Shown: one piece after another, positions 24,371 to 37,206 of the stretch
Layout: the number at the start of each line of letters is the position of its first letter
Position numbering within the stretch: the first letter of the stretch is position 1
Assembly (NCBI GenBank): GCA_013265495.1
Contig: MU058065.1
Coordinates: 6,386,302 to 6,450,301, forward strand
Origin: Vicugna vicugna
Taxonomy: Eukaryota
Length of the DNA stretch: 64,000 nucleotides
Direction: 5' to 3'
Translations under genes and position numbers: made by a program
Notes under the pieces: generated by a model
Databases searched by the model: none
Seen by the model: the letters and a program-made list of their open reading frames with translations, nothing else
Told to the model about the DNA's origin: nothing

Positions 24371-26630
24371 TATCCAAAAGAACTGAAAACAGGTACTCAA
24401 AAACATATATACAACATGAACACATACTCAAAATCATGTTCACAACAGCACTATTCACAATAGCCAAAACACAGAAATAGCCCAAATACTCATCAGTGGA
24501 TCAACGGATAAACTGTGGTAAATACATACAATGTAATATTATTCAGCCATAAAAAGGAATGAAGTGCTGATAAATACTGCAAAGTGGATGAACCTTGAAA
24601 ACATGCTAAGTGAAAGAAGTCAGACACCAAGAGATCACATACTGTATGATTCCACTGATATGAAATATCCACAATAGGTAAATCCATAGAAACAGAAAAA
24701 CAAAAGCAGGGGCTGAGGGGAGGAAAGTAGGGCCCTGGTATCCTTTTAGGTTAATGAAAATGTTTTGAAACTAGATAGAGGTGGTGGTTGCACAACACTG
24801 TGAATATACTAAATACCACTCAGTTATCACTTTAAAATGGCTAATTTTATGTTACCTCAATTTCACCTCTATTTTAAACAATTGCTATCTTTAATGCATA
24901 GGTATTAAGGGAACAATTTGATGAGTTTTAACTAGTGTATCATCTACAACATCCCAATCAAGAACAGAGCATTACCATAACTCAAGAAAGTTCCCTTGTG
25001 CCCCTTTTCTTACTATACCATTAACTCCCACAGGGAACCATTGTTCTGACTTTAATCCCCATAGGGTAGTGTCCTCTGTTCTTGAATTCCACATAAACAG
25101 AACTATACAATATGTCTTCTTTTGTGTCTGCCCTCTTTCACTCAACACAGTTTTGAGATTCATTCATGTCGCATAAATCAGCGGGTCTGCTTCTTTTTAT
25201 TGCCTAGCATTCCAAACCATAGTTCATCTGATTTTCTGTTGAGAACATTTGAGTTGTTTCCAATTTTTTGTTATTATTAAAAAGCCACAATACACAATTG
25301 GCGGGACATATGATTTGATCAAGCCCAGGAGAGAATATCTAGAAGTGGAATTGCTGAGTCACAGGTAAATATGTGTTAACTTATAAGAAACTTTCACAGT
25401 GATTGTACCATTTTACACTCACAACAATTATATATGAAAGTCCCAATTGTTGTACATCCTCTCCAACATTTGGTCTTGGCTGCCTTTTAAATGTTAACTA
25501 TTCTAGAGTTATTTCATTGTGGTTTTAACTTGCATATGCATCATGAAATGCTATCTTGTTGGCCTTTTTAAAGTCAGCTTTACTTACAATAAAATTCATC
25601 CATCTTAAGTGTATAATTCAGAGTTTCAACAAATGTACAATCATATAATCACCATCACAATCGAGATATAGAATATTTCCAATGTGCCCCTCAACAGCCA
25701 CTCCCCTCCATCATCTATAGTCCTTGGCCACCACTAATATGCTTTCTGTCACTAGTTTGCCTTTCCTAGAATGTTATATAAATGGAATCATAAAGTATGT
25801 AGTCTTTTGTTTCTGGCTTCTTTCACTTAGCATGCTTTTGAGATTCATCCATGTTGTTGCCTGTGTTAGTTCATTCTTTTTTATATCTAAGTAGTACTGA
25901 ACAGATGTATCACAATTGGTTTATTCATTCACCAGTTGCTGAATACTGGGGTTGTTTCCAAGTTTTTGCTATTACGAATAAAGCTGCTGTGAACATTTGC
26001 AAGCAGGAGTGAATTGCTGGGTCATATGCTGAGTGTGTTTCACTTTGTAATAAATTACCAAGCTGTTTTCCAATGTACCACTTTGCATTCCCACCAGCAA
26101 TGTATGTACGCCACATTCTCAGACACTTGATATTTTCAGTTATTTGAACTATTCTACTGTGTAAGTGGTGTCTCCTCGTAGTTTTCCTTTTCCTTTTGTT
26201 TTCTGGGTTTGTTTTTTTTTTAATTTAGCCTTTTAATTTTTTCCCAAACTCTTTATGTTGAGGGCTGACTTTTGATAGATCTGTGAGGGAGCTGTTCCAT
26301 GACACAGCAAACTTGACCCAGAAGCAGATTGTCTACGAATGGTTTAGCACCAGGTTCCCCAGGAATGCGACATGTGAGGGAGCAGCCCCCTCCATCTGGA
26401 CTAGAGGCTCTCTGCTCAGGCCTCATGGCGGAGGGAGGGCTGCCTGCATCCAGCAGGAACTGTGGGGTCAGCCAAAGGAGGCTTAGCCACACTTGCCCTT
26501 ATGGTTCTGCCTTTGTGGGATTCTTATTTAGAAGTTCAGTCATAACCCCACAGATGGTAGCTTTACCCCATTGGCTTCTCAGCCTGCATCATTATAGTTT
26601 TAATTGCACTTCTCTGACAACTAATGTTAA
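24371..26630. mobile_element. Old L1 3' fragments (plus 24371-24870; minus about 24870-26630), interrupted by the rRNA retrocopy
   Basis: L1M-type 3'UTR motifs on both strands, e.g. ATGCTAAGTGAAAGAAGTCAGACAC and [16 protein letters not shown]. Confidence 0.75.
26245..26584 (-). pseudogene. Retroposed 3'-terminal fragment (~340 nt) of 28S rRNA with A-rich tail (T-rich on plus, 26186-26243)
   Basis: The plus strand matches the reverse complement of the 28S 3' end: GAGGGCTGACTTTTGATAGATC, GACCCAGAAGCAGATTGTCTACGAATGGTTTAGCACCAGGTTCCCC, TTCAGTCATAACCCCACAGATGGTAGCTT. Diverged and CpG-decayed. Confidence 0.9.
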
Positions 26631-29600
26631 GGGCTCCAATCTTTCTAATAATCTTGACTAAATTACCTAGTTTGCTGTTCCATGTTCAGAATCAAAGTGT
26701 ATTTTATCACTGTTTTGTAACAGCAACATGCTATTGTAATAGTCTCATAATACCCCTGTAATAGTAACATGCTGTTACATAGCATGTTATTGTTACTTTA
26801 TGAAAATGTTTTTGGTGATGTTACTGTTTTGGATTTTTTCTGTTTTAGAATCTATGTAAAATCTGCACTATATATGTATCAGGCACTTTGCTAGGTGCTT
26901 TATGGACATCCCGCTCCCCCACCCCTCACTGAACCCTCGTAACCACCCTACGAAGTAGGCTTTGGTCTCCCCACTTTACCAGTTGAAACTTAGACATTAT
27001 TTTTTCAAAACTGTGTTAGATTTCTCCATGACAGTCCTTAGCATTCCACGTGTCTTAGTCCATTATAAAAATTAAGGCACAAATGGGTTTTGGTAAACGC
27101 TGACCTTGCTATTGATCCTTCATGTATATTCTACCTCTGAGAAATCTGCCAAGAACAACATGAGGCTGCTTCAGCTCTCAATGCTCCAAAGCTGATCAAC
27201 AGTCAAGTCAAAGGAGCCTGACATTAACGAGGGTGCATACTGCCAAAGGGGGATTTAAAAGGCCAAGTTCGCTAGGGTGACAGGAGGGACAATCACCCTC
27301 AACTAAATAGCCTAAAGTCATAAGAACATACCTGTAACAAGTGTCCATTGGCACAGCTGTTTCGTCGGTACCTCTTTGGCTCCAGTTCAAGGTCTCTCTT
27401 TTCTGTACCTGCTCCTCATCTCCAGCCCCCATGCACCTGGTGCTCCCCTGCTTCCCTTTCTTATCAAAACTTCTCACAGAATAGGACTGAAGAACCCCAA
27501 TTCGCATACTTTTAATTTGTTTTTTGTCTGTGAAATATTTAACCAAAGAAATAAATCCTCCACAAAGAGTGAAACAGTAGACTGAATAATGGTGATAGGG
27601 TTTCTGTGTGCACTGGGGTGAAGGTAGGGGTGAAGGCCCTGTTCTGGCCTTCTTCACTTCTGTAATGTTTCTACAGCTGCTTCATTCCCTCGTGGAAAGG
27701 GTTTTACACTTCTTGCCTGCCTTTCCCTACCCAAAGAACTGGACTTGGATAGCAAATGGAGAAAGGAAAAGCCGTGCATTAAGTCCTCTCTACGTTCTAG
27801 GTGCTTTTACTATGTTTTGCTTAATTTTCACAACCTTGCAATGTAGGTATTAAGTTCTCATTATTTAAAAACAGACTAAAAACTTAGATGACATGCCCAA
27901 GTCTACACAGCAGAACTGAGGTCTGTACCCAAGGTCAGACTCCAAGGTCTATGTTCTTTTCCTATCGCCATGCCACCTCTTGATTAAGTATTCATTCTAA
28001 GTTCCTTAGTTTCTGATCAACCTTGAGTGAATTTGAATTGAATAAACAATGACCACTGTCCTTGCCCCAATATCCCAAATCCTTACTCCACTGTCTCAGA
28101 AATACCCTGTACACTTCATTCCTTGACTCAGGAGCACTCACTCCCCTTTCTCCAAACAGGGACTGGGTATATTACCAAGTTAGGTAAAAACTGACATGTA
28201 CTGACAAACATTTACTCTACTATACCCTCAAATTTAAACTTTCCCCCAAATCTCATTGCTTCCCCCAAATTCCTTATTTAGCCAAATACCTTATATTGCG
28301 GGTATTCATTGCTAAGTATATTATGCTGGATGCTGAATAAGCAAGATTTAACTTTCTTTCAAGGTTGAAAGGGAAGTATGATACACACACCTCATTCCTT
28401 TCTCCTACCCAGCAACACACTCACACCTATTAGATACTCAAAGGTGATGAAAATTTTAAATTATAAGTATGTGCAAACATGTTTTAATCTACTAAGAATA
28501 TTCTATTTTCATCACTCATTTAATTTCCGAAGCCCTTCCCTGCTGCCCACTGCCCTGCTTCCCATCGTGCTACAATGCTGGTCCCTCTGCAGTTATGGGA
28601 ATGGAAATGGATTGGTTGTACCATCTGGGGATTCTCAGAAGGCAAAGAATTGAAGCTGGTTGCCAGGGAGTAGCACAGCTCAGTCAGGCCTCCACACCTA
28701 ACCCCTGGCACCAGAGGATCAGCCACAATAGAACTGCTTAAGCAGGTGGCTAGTTTTCTTAGGAAGGCTGCTTATTACCTTGTCACAAAGTTTGTTTTAA
28801 TATTTGCACTAAAATATTGCACCCACATAGGGCAAGAGGGAGCTGGCTTCAATTCTATCAGAAGAGCTTTAACAGGACTGTCCAGGACCTCTCTTGCGGG
28901 CCTGACTTTGAAGTTCTTACCACTAAGCAGCAATGTCCCTGGACTTTGTGCCATCAAGCTTTCTTCACAACTGTCAACATGACCTTCACACATTAACTAT
29001 GTGGCCTTGAACCCAGTCAGGACTCTCGGTGATTTTTCCAGAGCTCCATCCCAACTCACCACAGAAATCCTGGAGCCATGAAGCCACGTAATTTCCATCT
29101 CTGCAAAGCTCAAAAATGAAGGCAGAGAAAGCCCAGGATGAGACCATGAGCAGAGCTTCCTGCCTGATACGCAAAAGAGAAAATTTGAGTGTCAGAATTA
29201 GGGGACCAGTTGGCTTGTGTTGGGCCCCACTGCTAGAAAAATGAAGTAAAGGGACTGTAGGGCTGGGGAGAAGGGCGAGGGACAACCAGGAAGTGTCCAG
29301 TTAAGGAGGATCATATCCCAAGAGAAAACATCCTTTCTGATCTAAACTCTCCCACCTTGGCTTCCCCCGGGGCTCCACTCTAGCCCAGGAGAGAAGTAGA
29401 GGTTCTGGTTAAGCTGTGCGTGTCCTGTGAGATCTCCGTACATACAGTTCACGCAGTGGGGGTCAGCATTAATTGAAAACTCACTGTTTACTGAATCTTG
29501 GGGACGGAGGCAGATCCAGTTCAGAGCACAAGAGTTTAGTCCGGAGCCTGACTGGAAGCCCATTCCACAGCAGTGACTACTCCTAAAACCCACCTGCCAG

Positions 29601-30465
29601 GCCACCAGTCTGCCCTAGCAACCTGGGAAATTGGGAAATCAGGGCAAACCACAGCTCCTTCTACCCTCCTCTTGGATTGCACCCTCTGAAATATGGACAA
29701 AGCAACAGCAATTGGGATTATCTGGGCTCCTTTACTAAGGCCATGGGAAATTCACAAAGTTCACAGAAACTCTCATCTCACAGAAAGCCAAGAGCTGAAG
29801 AGGTAACATCCATGAGAGAGCAGTCCAGAAGGTTGAACAAGGAGTGATGTAAGGTCAGAGTAGGAAGATCTAGCGCTATTGGCTGGGTGAGTATATGAAG
29901 CACAAATGATCTGGAGGTGGTGACGCCCCCAAGACTAGGATGACAGGAAATCGGTTCAGCATGCCATGGCCTCTGCCTATCTACTGAGGAAGTCTGAAGG
30001 TTCCTGAAAGTTGCTTCTCAGGACAGGGGGTTGAGGAGGAGGGACGAAGAAACCTTAGGAAATAATGACTTTCAGAGTCATTACAGAGCAAGGGACTTCA
30101 GGCCCAAATATGTTCAGTATGTTTTCTCCTCTTGAGCTGTGACTCAATCACTGCACCAAGGCCTAAAACAAACCACACATGGCTCTCTGAAGGTAGAAAC
30201 CAAACCCTGCTTTATAAGGCTGAGTGGCCATCATAGGCTTCTCTGCTGAGATATGAGGTGTCAGCCAGTGAACCTTCCTCACCTTCTCCCCGTCCCCACC
30301 ACCCCTCCAGCCCACCAGATACCCATTTCTACAATTCAACCACTTCAAAAGATACTCTGAGGAGGGGCAAGGTGGAGGGGGTGGGGGCTCAGGCTGGCCG
30401 GCTGGCCGGTTCCCATGAGGTAGCTAATGCTGGTGTGCCTGGGCAGGTTAGGGGAGAGAGGCCAG

Positions 30466-30724
30466 TCATGGGCTCACAGCAGCCAGGAGGGAGTCACCAG
30501 TTGACTGGGAGGTGGGGGAAGCAGAGAGTCTCGAAGTCTGCCCAGAGTACTTGATCACAGGTAACATCTGGGTGGAGAGGCCAGGCTCTTTGCCGGTGTC
30601 CTCACTGTTCTTTGAGGAATTGGGTTTCCTGGAGAAAAGGGAAACGCCAGCTTGGATCTTCTTGGGCTTGGGCATGGTCCCATCTTCAGAGAGTGGTATG
30701 TTTCCCTCGGAGGAGCCATGTTTT
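30466..30724 (-). CDS. TTLL4: TTLL4 last coding exon (coding exon 18)
   Basis: Acceptor CCCTTCAG|AAAACAT, phase 2. KHGSSEGNIPLSEDGTMPKPKKIQAG...DSLLAAVSP*, TGA at 30468-30466. Confidence 0.92.
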
Positions 30725-31046
30725 CTGAAGGGAACAGGTTGGGAGAGAAAGGACTGAGACTGTGTAGCTGAGACTTTAACCCACAATCTGCTACCTTCAG
30801 AGTCTAGACCAGGCATTTACAACATTCATGTCAGTACAGCTGAAAGTGCCTGCTTCTGTGGATGATTTTGTGCTCCAGCTCAGCTTCACTGGGCACCAGG
30901 AAGAGGATATCGTGGCTCCATAATCTGATATTCCCACCAACCCCTAACTGAAGAATGCTGATCTCATCATAGTCTGGGAAGAGAGGAAGGAAGAAAACTC
31001 CCTGAACTCACACCCAACACCCTTCCCTTTCCCAGGCAGCACTCAC

Positions 31047-31132
31047 CCCAGCTTGCCAGTCTCCGATTTGGAGAAAGCACTGAGTGTCACATCGCCCTTT
31101 GGGACAGTCAGAATTGATGTTGGGAGAGACCA
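31047..31132 (-). CDS. TTLL4: TTLL4 coding exon 17 (86 nt)
   Basis: TTTTAG|TGG...CTGGG|GTGAGT. WSLPTSILTVPKGDVTLSAFSKSETGKL. Phases 0/2 fit both neighbours. Confidence 0.9.
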
Positions 31133-31683
31133 CTAAAAGCAAACGAAATAATGAGGCCAAAAGGGCTAGGCAGAGGTCAGGGGAGAGTGTTTGGGTCTTA
31201 AGACACTTTCCCAGCTCTACCCCTGCAGGAACAAAGGGCTCATCCCTTCCCTACCCTGCAGGCACGGGCCTATATGGGGAAAAATCTTGGTTCTCTCGTG
31301 ATCCAGACAAGAAGTTGAGGCTATAAAGTACTTCTTTTCTTTCTTTCTTTCTTTTTTGTTTTTACTACCTAACACCGCTTCTATTTTTATTTAGAGTGCA
31401 TGCCCTCAGTCTGGGTCAGCATGCATATGTAGTTTCTATAATTGATCATAATCAACTGTAAGAGTCTACAAAGTACTTTTGATCCTTGAAAGAAAGGCAT
31501 CTAGGGAATCCTGGAGGCAATTATTCCTTGAAAGGGAAGGGTCATGAAACACACAGGCCTGCAGGACTTTGGGAAGAAGTGAGAGGGTCCGGACCTACAC
31601 CCAACTCCCACTGTATTCTTAAGGTGGAAGAGGGAAAAGCCTGAGGTGGAGCTGTCCCCTTGCACTCCAATAGCATCACTCAC

Positions 31684-31754
31684 CACTGGAGCAGATTCAG
31701 AGATGGCTCCTGTGTGGAACCCTTTGTAGCACCAACTCCGAAGCAGATCTACTC
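31684..31754 (-). CDS. TTLL4: TTLL4 coding exon 16 (71 nt)
   Basis: CCTAG|GA...GTG|GTGAGT. VDLLRSWCYKGFHTGAISESAPV. Phases 1/0. Confidence 0.92.
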
Positions 31755-31897
31755 CTAGGACAAGATTAACAAGGGTGGGACTTAAGAGAGTGGAATCAAC
31801 TGGTCTATTTTTCTTGCCAGAGAGGCCCATTTCTTGGTCTACTGGGATTTAATCTCTCATTAAACATGGCTTCGTGTGGGCAGCGGGGACACATCAC

Positions 31898-32108
31898 CTT
31901 TGAGCTTGTTGCCATGGTACTTCTGTTCCCATTGAGTGGTGAGAATGTTGAAATATCGTGGCTGCTCAAAAAAGCGGAGATAGCGAGAAGAGATTCGAGA
32001 AGGAAAAATTCGTTCAAATTGTCCACGGCGAGAAAACTCATCCTCCATCTCGACCAGAACCCGAACGTCATCTGGTGTTAGGACATCCAGCACAGATGCA
32101 TAGAAGTC
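31898..32108 (-). CDS. TTLL4: TTLL4 coding exon 15 (211 nt)
   Basis: CATAG|GAC...AAAG|GTGATG. DFYASVLDVLTPDDVRVLVEMEDEFSRRGQFERIFPS...YHGNKLK. Phases 0/1. Confidence 0.95.
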
Positions 32109-32749
32109 CTATGGCCCAAGGAACAGGGAGGAAAACGGTGGCAGAGAGTGTAAGCCAGAGGCAGAGAATCAAGAAGCTGAGGGACCAGGAGTACAGCTCT
32201 GGGGTCCTAAGGCTCCACGACTCTCAAAGGACCACCAAGGCAGCCTGATGGGCTAGCTCTGGGCCTCATCCATTCCCAAGCCTACTGAGCTTAGCTGGGA
32301 AATTAAGAGACTCTTGGTCAGGGTGAGAAGAGCCATGGGGGCACAGAGACTCAGTGATTTGTTGGATGAAGTCAAGATCAGAATCCAGCAACTCAGATTT
32401 GTCCATAGCCTTGTGTCTCCCCCTCTTCCATGTCTGGCTCCCTCATCTGCTCTGAGAAAATCAAGCCTTCCAAGGGCTCAGTGCCCCTTAGGGAAAGAAA
32501 CCCAAAGGGTCTATGGCTCTGACAAGAAGGGTGAGCTGGTACAGCATTTAGGTAAGAGCAGTGGTTGCTGAACGCATAATAAAGGCCATCGACTTTCTCT
32601 TGGAGTGACATACATGCCAACAAATCCTTGCACATCGGGGGATCATAGGAAGCCCTGCCCCAGAGGGAAAAAAAGCTGCTTGCCTTCGGGTCGCCCAGGT
32701 TTGACCAGGGAATATTTCTGCTGCTACTGGGGTGAAGGCAGTCTCCTAC

Positions 32750-32852
32750 CTGATCAGGAATTTTCTGGGTTAGGTAATAGGCTTTCTTCATCTTCTGTGC
32801 AGTGAAGTACTCGGGGGCCATTTGACATCTGTCCCTGAGGGAGCTGGGCAGG
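32750..32852 (-). CDS. TTLL4: TTLL4 coding exon 14 (103 nt)
   Basis: CCTTAG|C...CAG|GTAGGA. LPSSLRDRCQMAPEYFTAQKMKKAYYLTQKIPDQ. Phases 2/0. Confidence 0.93.
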
Positions 32853-34167
32853 CTAAGGCAGGGGGTGGAAAGGGGGCAAAGGGCAAGGTCAGCAGCTTCA
32901 CATCCTGAGGACATGTGGAGAAAGGGTCCAGCCCAGGAAGACAGCTTTCTCAAGAGAAGACAAAGAAGGATGGACAGATGATTGTTACTTGAGTAGATCT
33001 GAGTGCAATGCACTCCACTCAAGTAGTCTATCTGAGACTCAAGTACCATGGAAGAACCAAAAGAGTACAAAGCACACTCTTTAAATTGCATTTTAATGGT
33101 GAAAAAAAAAAAAGAGGACCATGGAATAATTGCTGTATACTTCAGTTCAGTTTAATTTAGTGAACACTTACTAAATATCCAGCTTGGCCCTACTGGCTAC
33201 CTGATTCTGGACAAATTACCTAACCTCCCTGCACCTCAGTTTTGTCATCCACATTACTATAATTACTACTGAGAAAGACAAAAAGATTGCCTCCCAGGAG
33301 CTCACAGAATGGCAAGTGTCAAATGACAGCTATAGCACAGAGCCAAATATAAGTCCATAAGGTATGGTGGGGAAAGCAAGTTTTGTTACCAACAAATTAG
33401 GATTTGAAGTCCAACTCTACAACTTTGTAGCTAAATGACCTTGGATAAATTACTTAATCCCAGTGATTTTCCATTTCCTCATCTGTAAACCAAGGATACT
33501 AATACCAACTTCATGGGGCCGCTATGGGGATAAGCTATAGGTTTTTCCTTAAACATAGCAAGTACTGACTAAATATTAGCTCCCTTTCCTCAAGAGAAGT
33601 TCTGAGTGCTATGGGGGTGTAGAGGAGAGAGACCACACTGAGCTGGTTTCATGAAGATGCTGCCTTCAGGTAGTCTTGGAGGATGGGTCTTGAAGTTACA
33701 ACAGGGAGGCCTGGCTGAAGTGGAATTTCAGAAGGAAGAAACCCCATGAGCAGAGGAGGGGACACTATAGGGGAACAATAAGAGGCAGCGAACGCTTCAG
33801 GGAGGAGACTGGATTAACGGATCCTTAAGAATCCTTCCAACCTTGAGATTCTATGAGTGATTCAATTTGTCAGAGCACAGGAGCTGGGAAGAGGAGTAAA
33901 GAAAGGAATGCCTGGGCCTCAAATGTCTGCTTGAGAAATTTAAAGCTGATTCCCCAGGCCCTAAGGGGACTCCTGAGTAGGGAAGTAATCAACCAAACAT
34001 GCTTTAAAGAGTACTGACTTGGCAGTGGTCAGTGGGTATATTGCAGGGGCAGACTGAGCAGCAAGGGAGACCAAGCAGGAGGGAACGCCCAGACACCATC
34101 CCTTCCCAGAGTCACAACGGAGCCACTCATGCTGACGGCTGAGCCGCAGACAAGCAAGGAGGCTGAC

Positions 34168-34305
34168 CTGGTGGTGGAGCTGCTGGAGCTGCTAGAGCTG
34201 AAAGTGACATCCTCTGCATTGGGCAGAACAAAGCCTGCCAGGTTCAGAAGGTCACGGATCATCTGGCCTTTGATGCTGATGTCCAGTGGGGAGTTGGAGT
34301 GGAGG
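34168..34305 (-). CDS. TTLL4: TTLL4 coding exon 13 (138 nt; source of the copy at 7880-8343)
   Basis: CCCTGAAG|C...CAG|GTCAGC. LHSNSPLDISIKGQMIRDLLNLAGFVLPNAED. Phases 2/2. Confidence 0.95.
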
Positions 34306-34722
34306 CTTCAGGGAAAGGATGCAAAGAGTAATAAAAGCACACTATTTCCAGTCACGTGTCCAACTCAGTGCGAGCCCCATTTACATCCAAACTCATGAGC
34401 ACCATCATGGGGGTCTTCTTGGCCCACAAATAGTGAATAACCTCCCTCAGGGTGGATCCTGCCCATGACCTTGGTTTGAGAGGGGAAAAGTATGCAATAG
34501 GAATCAAGTTCAAAAGAGCAACTTTTAACAGTCTCTCTCCATCCTCAGGGAACCTTGAGATAATGGCAAAGAATAAGGGAATGGGTAAACAAACAGACCA
34601 TGAAGAAAAAAAAAATTCTAGTGAAGGAAAGGTCTTCCCCAAGTCAGCAAGTCTGGAGCAGAAACAGGATCATAAGAATACAAAACAGGTTCTACTGTGA
34701 GTGCTCTGAGAATACCACCTAC

Positions 34723-34857
34723 CTTGGGGAGATGTTCACCTCTAGGACCCAGGGCTTGAGGTTCTCATCCAGCATGATGTCGAAACCAAAGAGCTCGTGG
34801 CAGCTGTAGGGCCGCCGCACATACATCTTCAGCAGGCTGGTCACGTAGGGTTCTGAC
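34723..34857 (-). CDS. TTLL4: TTLL4 coding exon 12 (135 nt; TTL-domain catalytic motifs)
   Basis: ACCAG|G...[52 protein letters not shown] contains the ELFGFD and ExN motifs of TTL-family ligases. Confidence 0.97.
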
Positions 34858-35179
34858 CTGGTCACAGGGAGGTGAAAGTATTCAGCTCAGCTCCTCTCAG
34901 AGGCCCTACCTAGAGCTGCCCTGCCAACGGAGCAGCCCAGAGATGGACAGAAGCAACCCTGAAAAAGAAGCTCTCAAGAGATGTCTGTGACCTGGAGCCA
35001 GCTTCTGGGGATGAAGTTCAGTAGAAGGGCAGAATTTAAATCTATCCACTTCTTTCTATTCCCTGTCCTCAAAAACGGAAACACAGCATGGTCAAAAGTC
35101 TGCAGCACAGCAGTTTGGAGGCCCCGGAAAAAGAGGGTTCAGCGGCAGACTCCACACCCAGGGTGGCAGTGTGACTCAC

Positions 35180-35278
35180 GAGATGATGGTTTTGACAACA
35201 ACATCCTTTATCTTCTCCCAGATGGCATCACTATTGACTCCCTTCTGGCTCAGATAGCTCCATAAAGCTTTCAGCGCC
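35180..35278 (-). CDS. TTLL4: TTLL4 coding exon 11 (99 nt)
   Basis: TTACAG|G...TC|GTGAGT. ALKALWSYLSQKGVNSDAIWEKIKDVVVKTII. Confidence 0.95.
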
Positions 35279-35356
35279 CTGTAAGGCAGGGAGGGGAAGA
35301 AGGGAGTATCTGGGGTTATACTCTCTGAATGAGTGATGAAGAAAAGAAAGAAAGCC

Positions 35357-35842
35357 CTATTTATAGTAGCCAAGACATGGAAGCAACCTAAATGTCCACC
35401 AACAGATGAATAGATAAAGATGATGTGATATATACATAATGAAACAACACTCAGCCATAAAAAAGAATGAAATAATGCCATTTGCAACATGGATGGACCT
35501 AGAGATTATCATACTAAGTGAAGGAAGTCAGTCAGAGAAAGACAAACATCATATGACATCACTTATATGTGGAATCTAAAACATGATACAAATGAACTTA
35601 CTTACAATACAGAAGCAGACTCACAGACACAGAAAACAAATTTATGGTTACCAAAGGGGAAAGGGGGTGGGCGAGGAATAAATTAGGAGTTTGGGATTAA
35701 CAAATACAAACTACTACATATAAAATAGATAAACAACAAGGTCCTACTGTATAGCACAGGGAACTACATTCAATATCCTGAAATAAACCACAATGGAAAA
35801 GAAAAAAAGAGAGAGAGAAAAGAAAAAGAAAAAGAAAAAGGA
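35357..35842 (+). mobile_element. L1 3' end with A/G-rich tail
   Basis: AGCCAAGACATGGAAGCAACCTAAATGTCC...ATAGCACAGGGAACTAC followed by an (AAAAG)-rich tail. Confidence 0.88.
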
Positions 35843-36067
35843 GTAAGTAGCCCAAAGGTATTTTCCTTATAAATTTTCTTTTGATGGTTTGAATTAAGTT
35901 AGAGATGAGCTTGGATGCAAACAGACCAATTCTGAATTGCCAAGCGTTTATATAATCTTTGGGCCTTATATTAATCCTCCACTTACCACTCCCTCCACCC
36001 ACCTCCCCAAACCCCAGAACTCTGTGATCCTCTAGGCCTCCACTTGACAGGGACACTGTCTGGGTAC

Positions 36068-36190
36068 CATTTGTGGCCCTGGCAGGCCGTTTCATCTTCA
36101 TTGGCCTGGTACTCAGAATTCTTTTTATTGACACTGTAGTTGGTCAGGTGCATGAACTTATTGCCGAGGCTCTTCATGGAAGGGGAATAC
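36068..36190 (-). CDS. TTLL4: TTLL4 coding exon 10 (123 nt)
   Basis: TTTCAG|G...TG|GTACCC. YSPSMKSLGNKFMHLTNYSVNKKNSEYQANEDETACQGHK contains the TTL-family HLTNYSVNK motif. Confidence 0.95.
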
Positions 36191-36454
36191 CTGAAAGTGA
36201 GAAGAAAGGCAGAGGTAAGATGGTGAGATAGCAGATGGATAATGGCCCAAACATTTTCCCAAGTCCTGAGGAGGTAAAAGACAAGTGGACAGATCTTCAG
36301 ATGCACAAGGGCCTGAGAAGCATATCTGCTGAAAGGTTTCTAGAACACCATAGCTAAGCTCATCTCCTAACTGATCTCATCTCAGTCCTGCAGGAACAGT
36401 CTTCCCATTCAGTGAAGTAGAGGACCTCCTTATTTCCCATTCCCCATGTAATAC

Positions 36455-37080
36455 TGTGATTTACAATAAGAAATATATATATTGGTCCTTGTCTCCAGTT
36501 TCTGACACAGGAACTCCTGAAACCCTTATAATTTCCTGAGTGATAGGAGTGTCTTTTATTCTAACGAGGTGACTCTGGGTAGGCTGCTGGATGGCTCCTG
36601 GATGAGGGCCAGTCACTGGAAAAATCAAACCATGATTAGAAGCTTGGAATTTTCAGCACCCACCAATCCCCATTCTCTTAAGGGAGAAGAGCTGAGAATG
36701 GAGTTCATGATCAATAATTTTTTACATGATTTTTTGCATTCTGTAAGCTGCTCCAGCAACCCTTGGCCCCAAGGAGGGAATCATGGGCACCTCTTATTTA
36801 CAGCCAACTGGTCAGAAGCAGACTGGCACCTGAAGTGGTGGAGGGAGGGGCAGCCTTGTGAAACTGATCCCTTAACCTGTGGGATCTGACACTGTCTCCA
36901 GGTAGTGTCAGAATTGAGTTAAATTGTAGGATACCCATCTGGTGTTGTGTAGAATTGCTTCACGTGGAGGAAAAAACCCACAGATTTGGTGACCAGAAGT
37001 GTCAGAAATGAAGTGCTTGATGTAAAAGCAAAGGAGACACACAGGAGAAAAGGAAGACTAGGTTCTTCCAAAGGCACTCC
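36455..37080. mobile_element. LTR element (MER21-like), opposite orientation to 22140-23146
   Basis: Begins TGTGATTTACAATAAGAAATATATATTGGTC, close to the reverse complement of the 23.1-kb terminus. Confidence 0.6.
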
Positions 37081-37206
37081 ACATTCTTTGCTAACAAAAA
37101 CTACCAAAACTGGTTATTTTCTTGTTTGGTGTCCTCCAGCTTCCCTCCCTGGAGAGAAAGCAAATACCCAAAGCTGTCAAGGTGAGGCCTCACCACTACC
37201 ACATAC

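Noticed and set aside
26245..26584. Functional rRNA gene
   Set aside because: Only ~340 nt, heavily diverged, tailed and TSD-flanked, so it is a retrocopy.
32393..33091. 232-aa minus-strand ORF
   Set aside because: Only 32750-32852 is exon, bounded by AG/GT. The rest is intron that happens to stay open.
7880..34338. Recombination between the two direct copies deleting CYP27A1 exon 1 and fusing TTLL4 to CYP27A1
   Set aside because: The repeats are short and too diverged for efficient homologous recombination, and a phase 2 to phase 0 join would be out of frame.
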